From the NCBI RefSeq assembly GCF_009914755.1, contig NC_060930.1: a DNA stretch of 64,000 bases; one strand, written 5' to 3'. Within the stretch, counting starts at the first letter, position 1. Each line of letters begins with the position of its first letter. The position numbers and the translations under genes are program-made. The DNA comes from the human T2T-CHM13v2.0 reference genome, Homo sapiens. Below are positions 1-10,100 of the stretch, in pieces. Under the pieces are notes generated by a model that worked only from the letters and a program-made list of their open reading frames with translations, had not been told where the DNA came from and made no database searches.

Positions 1-3000
1 TTGAAACACTCTTTATGTAGAATCTGCAAGTGGATATTTGGACCTCTTTGTGTCCATCATTTGATACGTGATTTCTTCATATAAAACTAGACAGAAGAAT
101 TTTGAGAAACTTCTTTGTGATGTGTGCTTTCAACTCACGGAGTTGAACCTTCCTTTCGATAGAGCAGTTTTGAAACTCTCTTTCTGTATAATTTTCAAGT
201 GTATATTTAGCGCCGTTTGAGGCCTATGGTAGAAAAGACAATACCTTCATAGAAAAACTAGACAGAATCATTCTCAGAAACTACTTTGTGATGTGTGCGT
301 TCAAAATGCAGATTTTAACCTTTCTTTGATAGAGCAGTTTTGAAGCACTCTTGTAGTATCTGCAAGTGAATATTTGGCCTTTTTTTAGGCCTTCGTTGGA
401 AATGGGGTTTCATCATATAAAAGTTGACAGAAGAATTCTCAGAAACTTCTTTGTGATGTGTGCATTCAACTCACAGATTTAAACCTACCTTTCCGTAGAG
501 CAGTTTTGAAATTCTCTTTTTGTAGAATTTCTAGGTGGATATTGAAAGCAGTTTGAGGCCTATGGTATAAAAGGCAACATCTTGATAGAAAAATTAGAAT
601 CATTCTCAGAAACTACTGTGTGAAGTGAGCATTCAGCATACAGAGTTTAACTTTTGTTTTGATAGAGCAGCTTTGAAACACTCTTTTTGTGGAATTTGCA
701 AGTGTATATTTAGGGCACTTTTAGGCCTACTGTAGCAAAGGAAATTTCTTCACAAAAAAACTGTACAGAAGCATTGTCCGAAACTACTTTATGATATTTG
801 CATTCAATTCACAGATTTGAACATTCCTCTTGATAGGGCTGTTTTGAAACACTCTTTTTGTAGAATTTGGAAGTGGATATTTGGATCCTCTTTGTGGCCT
901 TCATTTGAAACGTGATTTCTTCATATAAAACTAGACAGAAGGATTCTCAGAAACTTCATCGCGATGTGTGCTTTCAACTCACAGTGTTGAAACTTCCTTT
1001 TGAAAGAGCAGTTTTGAAACTCTTTTTGTAGGATATCCAAGTGGATATTTAGCGCTGTTTGAGGCCTATGGTGGAAAAGGCAATAACGTCATAGAAAAAA
1101 TTGACAGAATGATTCTCAGAAACTACTTTGTGTTGTGTGCGTTCTACTCACAGAGTTTAACCTTTCTTTTGATAGAGCAGTTTTGAAACACTCTTTTTGT
1201 AGAATCTGCAAGTGAATATTTGGACTTTATTGAGGCCTTCATGGGGAACGGGATTTCTTCATATAAAACTTGACAGAAGAATTCTCAGAAACTTCTTTGT
1301 GATATGTGCATTCAACTCACAGAATTGAAATTTCCCTTCGATAGAGCAGTTTAGAAATGTTCTTTTTGTAGAATTTTCAAGTGGATATGTAGTGCGGTTC
1401 GAGGCCTATGGTATAAAAGGAAATATCTTCATAGAAAAACTAGACCGAATCATTCTCAGAAACTACTTTGTGATGTGTGCATTCAGCTTACAGAGTTCAA
1501 CGTTTCTTTTGATAGAGCAGATTTGAAACAACCTTTTTGTGACATTTGCAATGGTATATTTAGAGCGCTTTGAGGTCTATGGTAGAAAAGGAAGTATCTT
1601 CAGAAAAAAACTAGACAGAAGCCTTGTCAGAAACTACTTTGTCATATTTGCATTCAACACACAGTGTTGAACATTCCTCTAGATAGAGCACTTTTGAAAC
1701 ACTCTTTTTGTAGAATCTGCAAGTGGATTTTTGGACCTCTTTGTTTCCATCGTTTGATATGTGACTTCTTCTTATAAAACTAGACAGAAGAATTTTGAGA
1801 AACTTCCTTGTGATGGGGGCTTTCACCTCAAAGGTTTGAACCTTCCTTTCGATAGTGCAATTTTGGAAATCTCTTTTTGTAGAGTTTCCAAGTGGGTATT
1901 TAGCGCCTTTTGAGGCCTCTGGTAGAAAAGGCAATATCTTCATAGAAAAATTAGACCGAATCATTCTGAGAAACTACTTTCTGATGTGTGCATTTAGATT
2001 ACAGAGTTTAACCTTTCTTTTGATAGCACAGTTTTGAAACACTCTTTTTGTGGTATTTGTAAGTCTATATTTACAGCGCTTTGAGTACTACGGTAGAAAA
2101 GGAAATACCTTCACATAAAAATTAGACAGAAGCATTCTCAGAAACTACTTTGCGATATTTGCATTCAACTCACGGTGTTGAACATTCCTCTTGATAGAGC
2201 AGTTTTGAAACACTCTTTTTGTAGTATCTGCAAGTGGATGTTTGGACGCCTTAGTGGTCTTCGTTTGAACCATGATTTCTTCAAATAAAACCAGACAGAA
2301 GAATTCTCAGAAACTTGTTTGTTATTTGTGCTTCCAACTCACAGAGTTGAACCTTCACTTCGATAGAGCAGTTTTGAGACTCCCTTTCTGTAGAATTTCC
2401 AAGTGGATACTTAGTGCCGATTGAGGCCTAAGGTTGAAAAGGAAATATCTTCATAGAAAAACTAGACAGAATGATTCTCAGAAACTACTTTGTGATGTGT
2501 GCGTTCAACTCACAGAGTTTAACCTTTCTTTTGATAGAGGAGTTTTGAAACAGTCTTTTTGTAGAATCTGCAAGTGAATATTTAGACTTTTTTGAGGCCT
2601 TCATTGGAAACGGGATTTCTTCATATAAAACTTGACAGAAGAATTCTCAGAAACTTCTTTTTGATGTGTGCATTCAACTCACAGAGTTGAGCTTTCCTTT
2701 CGATAGAGCAGTTTTGAAATACTCTTTTTGTAGAATTTTCAAGTGGATATGTAGTGCGGTTCGAGGCCTATGTTAGAAGAGGAAATATCTTCATAGAAAA
2801 ACTAGACAGAATCATTCTCAGAAACTGCTTTGTGATATTTGCATGCAGCTCACAGAGTTTAACCTTTCTTTTGATAGAGCAGTTTTGAAACAACCTTTTT
2901 GTGGAATTTGGAATTGTATATTTAGACGTCTTTGAGGCCTACAGACGAAAAGGAAATATCTTCACAAAAAAACTAGACAGAAGCATTGTCAGAAACTACT

Positions 3001-5010
3001 TTGTGATATTTGCATTCAACTCAAAGTGTTGAACATTCCTCTTGATAGAGTAGTTTTGAAACACTCTTTTTGTAGTATCTGCAAGTGGATATTTGGAACT
3101 CTTTGTATACATCGTTTGATACGTGATTTGTTCATATAAAACTAGACAGAAGATTTCTCAGAAACTTCTTTGTGATGTGTGAATTCAACTCAAAGAGTTG
3201 AACCTACCTTTTGATAGAGCACTTTGAAATTCTCTTTTTGTAGAATTACCAAGTGGATATTTAGAGCCGTTTGAGGCCTATTTTATAAAAGGCAATATCT
3301 TCATAGAAAAACAAGACAGAATCATTCTCAGAAACTACATTGTGATGTGAGCATTCAGCTTACAGAGTTTAACATTTCTTTTGATTGAGAAGTTTTGAAA
3401 CACACTTTCTGTGGAATTTGCAAGTGTATCTTTAGAGCGCTTTTAGGCTTACGGTAGAAAAGGAAATATCTTTACAAATACTGTACAGAAGCATTGTCAG
3501 AAACTACTTTGTGATATTTGTATTCAACTCACAGAGTTGAAGATTCCTCTTGATAGGGCTGTTTTGAAACACTATTTTTGTAGAATCTGCAAGTAGATAT
3601 TTGGATCCTCTTTGTGGCCTTCGTTTGAAACGTGATTTCTTCATATAAAACTAGGCAGAAGAATTCTCAGAAACTTCTTTGTGATGTGTGCTTTCGACTC
3701 ACAGAGTTGAACCTTCCTTTCTATAGAGCAGTTTTAAAACTCTCTTTTTGCAGAATTTCCAAGTGGATATTTAGCGCCGTTTGAGGCCTATGGTAGAAAA
3801 GGCAATATCTTCATAGAAAAATTAGACAGAATCATTCTCAGAGACTACTTTGTGATGTGTGCGTTCAACTCACAGAGTTTAATCTTTCTTTTGATAGAGC
3901 AGTTTTGAAACACCCTTTTTGTAGTATCTGCGAGTGAATATTTGGACTTTTTTGAGGCCTTCATTGGAAATAGGATTTCGTCATAAGAAAGTTGACAGAA
4001 GAATTCTCAAAAACTACTTTGTGAGGTGTGCATTCAACTCACAGAGTTGCACCTACCTTTCGATAGAGCAGTTTTGAAATTCTCTTTTTGTGGAACTTCC
4101 AAGTGGATATTTAGAGCGGTTTGAGGTGTATGATGTGAAAGGAAATATCTTCATAGAAAAACTAGAGAGAATGATTCTCAGAAACCACTTTGTGATGTGT
4201 GCGTTCAACTCACAGAGTTTAATCTTTCTTTTGATAGAGCAGTATTGAAACACTCTTTTTGTAGAATCTGCAAGTGAATATTTGGACTTTTTTAGGCCTC
4301 CGTTAGAAACGGGATTTCTGCATATAAAACTTGACATAAGAATTCTCAGAAACTTCTTTGCGATGTGTGCAGTCAACTAACAGATTTGAACCTTCCCTTC
4401 GATAGAGCAGTTTTGAAATACTATTTTTGTAAAATTTTAAAGTGGATATTTAGTGCGGTTCGAGGCCTATGTTAGAAAAGGAAAATCTTCATTTGAAAAC
4501 TAGACAGAATCATTCTCAGAAATTACATTGTGATGTGTGCATTCAGCTTACAGAGTTTAACCTTTCTTTTCATAGAGCAGTTTGAAACAACCTTTTTGTG
4601 TAATTTCCAAGTGTATATCTAGAGCGCCTTGAGGCCTACGGTGGAAAAGGTAATATCTTCACAAAAAAACTAGACAGAAGCACTGTCAGAAGCTACTGTG
4701 TGATGTGGGCATTCCACTCACAGAGTTGTATCTTCCTTTCGATAGGGCAGTTTTGAAATACTCTTTTTGTAGAATTTCCAAGTGGATATTTAGAGCGGTT
4801 CAAGGCCTATGGTAGAAAATGAAATATCTTCATAGAAAAACTAGACTGAATCATTCTCAGAAACTTCTTTGTGATGTGCGCCTTCAGCTTACAGAGTTTA
4901 ACCTTTCTTTTGATTGGGTAGTTTTGAAACACTCTTTTTGTGGAATTTGCAAGTGTATATTTGGAGCGCTTAGCAGCCTATGGTAGAAAAGGACATATCT
5001 TCACATAAAA
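1..5010 (+). repeat. Divergent pentameric alpha-satellite HOR domain (monomers A-B-C-D-E, ~850 bp), block 1
   Basis: Ordered monomer types: A (gtgctttcaac...tagcgccgtttg), B (aatgattctc...gtgaatatttggactttttt), C (cttgacagaag...gcggttcgagg), D (cattcagcttac...gtggaatttgc), E (gcattgtcag...gatatttgc...cgtttgaaacgtga). A monomers start at 87, 931 and 1780. Confidence 0.85.
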
Positions 5011-6704
5011 TCTAGACAGACGCATTCTCAGCAACTACTTTCTGATGTTTGCATTAAACTCACAAAGTTGAACAATCCTGTAAATAGAGCAGTTTTGACA
5101 GCACTTTTTTTGTTGAATCTGCAAGTTGATATTTGGACCTCTTTTAGGCCTTCGTTGGATATGAGTATTCTTCATCAAAAGCTACACAGAAGAATTCTCA
5201 GAAAATTCTTGGTGATGTGTGCATTGAACTCACAGAGATCAACCTTCCTTTCGAAAGATCAGTTTTGAAACAATCTTTTTGTAGAATTTCCAAGTGTAAA
5301 TTTAGTGCGCTTGGAGGCCTATGGTAGAAAAGGAAATATTTTCACATAAAAATTGGAATGAAGCATTCTCAGAAACTGCTTTTTGATGTTTGCATTCAAC
5401 TGACAGAGATAAACAGTCCTCTTGATAGCGTAGTTTTGAAAGAATCTTTTGGACAATCTGCAAGGGGATATTTGGGCCTCTTTGAGGTTTTCGTTGGAAA
5501 GGGGGTTTCTTCATATACAACTAGACAGAAGAATTCACAGAAACTTCTTTGAGAAGTGTGAATTCATCTCACAGAGTTGAACATTCCTTTCAATAGAGCA
5601 GTTTTGAAACACTCTTTTTGTAGAATTTCCAAGTAGATATGTAAAGCGTTTTGAGGCCTATGGTAGAAGAGGAAATATCTTCATAGAAAAACTAGACAGA
5701 ATAATTCTCAGAAACTACTTTTTGATGTGTGCGTTCAACTCACAGATTTTAACTTTTCTGCTGTTAGAGCAGTTTTGAAACACTCTTTTGGTACAATTTG
5801 CAAGTGTGTATTAGGAGTGCTTTGAGGCCTACGGGAGAAAAGGAAATATCTTCACATAAAAACTAGACAGAAGCATTCCCAAAAACTATTTTGTGATGTT
5901 TGCCTTCAACTCACAGAGTTGAACATTCCTCTTGATAGAGCAGTATTGAAACACAATTTTTGAAGAATCTGCAAGTGAATATTGGACCGCTTTGAAGCCT
6001 TTGTTGGAAACAGTATTTCTTCATATAAGCAAGACAGAAGAATTCTCAGATACTACTTTGTGATGTGTTCGTTCAACTTACAGGGTTTAAACTTTCTGTT
6101 GATAGAGCGGCTTTGAGACACTCTTTTTGTGGAATTTGCAAGTGCATATTTAGAGCGCTTTGAGGCCTATGGTAAAAAAAGAAATATCTTCACATAAAAA
6201 CTAGATGGAAGCATTCTCAGAATCTAATTTGTGATGGTAGTATTCAACTCACAGAGTTGAACATTCCTCTTGATAAAGCAGTTTTGAAACACTCTTTTTG
6301 TGGAATCTGCAAGTGGATATTTGGACCAGTTTGAGGCCTTCGTTGGAAATGGAAATTCTTCATATAAACAAGAAAGAAGAATTCTCAGAAACTACTTTGT
6401 GATGTGTGCGTGCAACTCACAGAGTTTAACATTCCTTTCGATAGAGCAGTTTTGAAACACTCTTTTTGTAGAATTTGTAAGTGTATATTTAGAGCGCTTT
6501 GTGGCCTATGGTAGAAAAGGAAATATATTTACATAAAAACTAGACAGAAGCGTTCTCAGAAACTAATTTGTGATGTCTGCACTCAACGCATAGAATTTAG
6601 CCTTTCATTTGATAGAGCAGTTTTGAAACACTCTTTTTGTACAATTTGCATGTGTATATTTAGAGTGCTTTGAGGCCAATATTTGAAAGGGAATATCTTC
6701 ATAT

Positions 6705-6717
6705 AAAAACTAGACAG
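6705..6717 (+). repeat. Alu target-site duplication, left copy (aaaaactagacag)
   Basis: 13-mer immediately before ggccggg, repeated after the poly(A) tail at 7029-7041. The AT/AAAAA context resembles the L1 endonuclease TT/AAAA site. Confidence 0.93.
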
Positions 6718-6729
6718 GGCCGGGCACGG

Positions 6730-6740
6730 TGGCTCACGCC
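6730..6740 (+). promoter_or_regulatory. Alu internal RNA polymerase III promoter A box
   Basis: tggctcacgcc at the canonical position in the left Alu arm. Confidence 0.8.
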
Positions 6741-6791
6741 TGTAATCCCAGCACTTTGGGAGGCCGAGGCGGGTGGATCACGAGGTCAGGA

Positions 6792-6800
6792 GATCGAGAC
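6792..6800 (+). promoter_or_regulatory. Alu internal RNA polymerase III promoter B box
   Basis: gatcgagac matches the GWTCRANNC consensus. Confidence 0.85.
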
Positions 6801-6997
6801 CATCCTGGCTAACACGGTGAAACCCCGTCTCCACTAAAAATACAAAAAATTAGCCGGGCGAGGTGGCGGGCGCCTGTAGTCCCAGCTACTCGGGAGGCTG
6901 AGGCAGGAGAATGGCGTGAACCCCAGGGGGCGGAGCCTGCAGTGAGCCGAGATTGCGCCACTGCACTCCAGCCTGGGCGACAGCGAGACTCCGTCTC

Positions 6998-7028
6998 AAA
7001 AAAAAAAAAAAAAAATAAAAATAAAAAA
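6998..7028 (+). repeat. Alu poly(A) tail with two T interruptions
   Basis: A18-t-A5-t-A run merging into the right TSD; the tail/TSD boundary is ambiguous within the A run. Confidence 0.93.
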
Positions 7029-7041
7029 AAAAACTAGACAG
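7029..7041 (+). repeat. Alu target-site duplication, right copy (aaaaactagacag)
   Basis: Matches 6705-6717; the alphoid monomer resumes in register (aagcattctcag). Confidence 0.93.
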
Positions 7042-7114
7042 AAGCATTCTCAGAAACTACTTCATGATGTTTGCATTCAACTCACAGAGTTTAGCCTTTC
7101 ATTCGATAGAGCAG

Positions 7115-7118
7115 TTTT
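7115..7118 (+). terminator. First T4 downstream of the Alu, a potential Pol III terminator
   Basis: gcagTTTTga is the first run of four T after the tail; Pol III terminates at four or more T. Use in vivo is not shown. Confidence 0.4.
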
Positions 7119-10100
7119 GAAACACTCTTTTTGTAAAATTTCCAAGTGGATATTTAGAGCGTTTTGAGGCCTGTTGTGGAAAACGAAATCCTTCATAGAA
7201 AAACTAGACAGAATCATTCTCAGGAACTACTTTTTGATGTGTGGGTTCAACTCGCAGAGTTTAACCTTTCTTTTGATACAGTAGTTTTGAAACAGTCTTT
7301 TTATAGAATTTGCAGGTGTATATTTAGAGTGCTTTGAGGACAACGGTAGAATAGGAAATATCTTCTTATAAAAACTGGACAGAATCATTCTCAGATACTA
7401 CTAGGTGATGTGTGCGTTCAACTCACAGAGTTTAACATTTCTTTTGACAGAGCAGTTTTGAAACACTCTTTTTGTACGATTTGCAAGTGTATATTAAGAG
7501 TACTTTGAGGCTCGTGGTAGAAAAGGAAAATCTTCTCATAAAAACTAGACGGAAGCATTCTCAGAAACTACTTTGTGATGTCTGCATTCAATTCACAGAG
7601 TTCAACCTTTCATTTGATAGAGCAGTTTTGAAAAACTCTTTTTGTATAATTTGCATATGTATATTTAGAGTGCTTTGAGGCCTATGTTTGAAAGTTAATA
7701 TCTTCACATAAAAACCAGACAGAAGCATTCTCAGAAACTACTTTGTGATGTTTGCATTCAACTCACAGAGTTGAACATTTCTCTTGATAGAGCAGTTTTG
7801 AAACACTCTTTTGGAAGTGGCTGCAAGTGGATATTTGGGCATCTTTGAAGCCTTCGTTGGAAGCGCGATTTCTTCATACAAAACTAGAGAGAAGAATTCT
7901 CAGAAACTTCTTGGTGATGTGTGCATTAAACTCACAGAGTTGAACCTTCCTTTCAATAGAGCAGTTTTGAAGCACTCTTTTTATAGAATTTCCAAGTGGA
8001 TATTTAGAGCGTTTTGAGGCCTATTGTGGAAAAGGAAATCCTTCATAGAAAAACTGGACAGAATCATTCTCTGAAACTACATTTTCATATGTGGGTTCAA
8101 CTCGCAGACTTTAACCTTTCTTTTGATAGAGTAGTTTTGAAACAGTCTTTTTGTAGAATTTGCAGGTGTATATTTAGAGTGCTTTGAGGCCAAAAGTAGA
8201 AACGGAATTATCTTCATATAAAAACTAGACGGAAGCCTTCTCAGAAACTACTTGTGATGTTTGAATTCAACTCACAGAGTTGAACATTTCTCTTGATAGA
8301 GCAGTTTTTAAACACTCTTTTTGTAGAATCTGCAAGTGGATATTTGGACCTCTTTGAGACCATCTTTGGTAACGGGATTTCTTCATCTAAAAAAGACAGA
8401 AGAATTCAAAGAAACTACTTTGTGTTTTGTGCGTTCACCTCCCAGAATTTAAAATTTCTGTTGATAGAGCAGCTTTGAAATAATCTTTTTCTGGAGTTTG
8501 CAAGTATATATTTAGTGTGCTTTGAGGCCTATGGTAAAAAAAGGGAATATCTTCACATGAAAACTTGACGGAAGCATTCTCAGAAACCACTTTGTGATGT
8601 TTGCATTCAACCCCAGAGAGTTGAACATTTCTCTTGATGGAGCAGTTTTGAAACACTGTTTTTGTGGAATCTGCAAGTGGACATTTGGACCTCTTTGAGG
8701 CCTTCGTTGGAAATGGGAATTCTTCATATAAACAAGACAGAAGAATTCTCAGAAAGTACTTTGTGATGTGTGCGTTAAACTCAAAAAGTTTAATCTTCAT
8801 TTCTATAGAGCAGTTTGGAAACACTCTTTTTGTAGAATTTGCAAGTGTATATTTAGAGCACGTTGAGGCCTATGGTAGAAAAGGAAATATCTTCACATTA
8901 AAACTAGATGGAAGCATTCTCAGAAACTTGTTTGTGATGTTTGCATTCAATTCACCAAGTTGAACATTCCTCTTGATAGAGTAGTTTTGAAAAATTCTTT
9001 TTGTACAATCTGCAAGTGCAAATTTGGACCTCTTTGAGGGTTTTGTTGGAAATGGGATTTCTTCATATAAAATTTGAGAGAAGAATTCGCAGAAAATTCT
9101 TTGTGAAGTGTGCATTCATCTCACAGAGTTGAAGCTTCCTTTGATAGAGCAGTTTTGAAACACTATTTTTGTATAATTTTCAAGTGGATATTTAAAGCGT
9201 TTTGAGGCCTATGGTAGAAAAAGTATTATCTTCATAGAAAAACTAGACAGAATCGTTCTCAGAAACTACTTTTTGATGTGTGGTTTCAACTCACAATGTT
9301 TAACCTTTTTTTTGATAGAGTAGTTTTGAAACAGTCTTTTTGTAGAATTTTCACGTGTATATTTACAGTGCTTTGAGGCCAACGGTAGAAACGGAAATAT
9401 CTTCATATTAAAACCAGACGGAAGCATTCTCAGAAACTACTTGTGATGTTTGCATTCAACTCACAGAGTTGAACATTTCTCTTGATAGAGCTGTTTTGAA
9501 ACACTCTTTTTGTAGAATCTGAAAGTGGATATTTGGACCTCTTTGTGGCCATCGTTGGTAATGGGATTTCTTCCTATAAAAAAGACAGAATAATTCAAAG
9601 AAACTACTTTGTGTTTTGTGCGTTCAACTCACAGAGTTTAGCCTTTCATTTGAGTTTTCATAGCAGTTTTGAGACACTCTTCTTGTACAATTTGCATATG
9701 TATGTTTAGAGTGCTTTGAGTCCTCTGTTTGAAAGGCCATATCTTCACATAAAAACTAGACAGAAGCATTCTGAGAAAATACATTGTGATGTTTGCATTC
9801 AACTCACAGAGTTGAACATTCCTCTTGATAGAGCAGTTTTGAAAAACTCTTTTGGAAGTGTCTGCAAGTGGATATTTGTGCATCTTTGTGGCCTTCGTTG
9901 GAAAAGGGATTTCTTCATACAAAACTAGAGAGAAGAATTCTCAGAAATTTCTTTGTGTTGTGTGCATTGAACTCACAGTGTTGAACCTTCTTTTCTATAC
10001 AGCAGTTTTGAATCACTCTTTTTGTAGAATTTCCAAGTGGATATTTAGAGCGATTTGAGGCCTATTGTGGAAAAGGAAATACCTTCATAGAAAAACTACC

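Larger units (their letters stand above)
1..6717 (+). repeat. Alpha satellite (alphoid) tandem array, ~171-bp monomers, left of the Alu
   Basis: Recurrent alphoid motifs cattctcagaaac, caactcacagagttgaac, gatagagcagttttgaaacactc and aaaactagacagaag at ~170-bp spacing, with CENP-B-box-like and pJalpha-like segments. Confidence 0.99.
6718..7028 (+). mobile_element. AluY: Full-length AluY SINE with AluYe5-type diagnostic positions
   Basis: Starts ggccgggcacggtggctcacgcc; AluY signature gaccatcctggctaacacggtg; A-rich linker actaaaaatacaaaaaattag; ends gactccgtctc followed by poly(A). Ye-lineage-like changes (recalled consensus): gggcgAggtgg, aaCCCC-GGGGG, gagcCtgc and the 2-bp deletion in gacagcgag. 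Flanked by a TSD. Confidence 0.98.

Noticed and set aside
6718-6997. GC/CpG-rich segment resembling a CpG-island promoter or 7SL RNA gene
   Set aside because: Fully explained by a dimeric AluY with poly(A) tail and TSD; it lacks the 7SL S domain.
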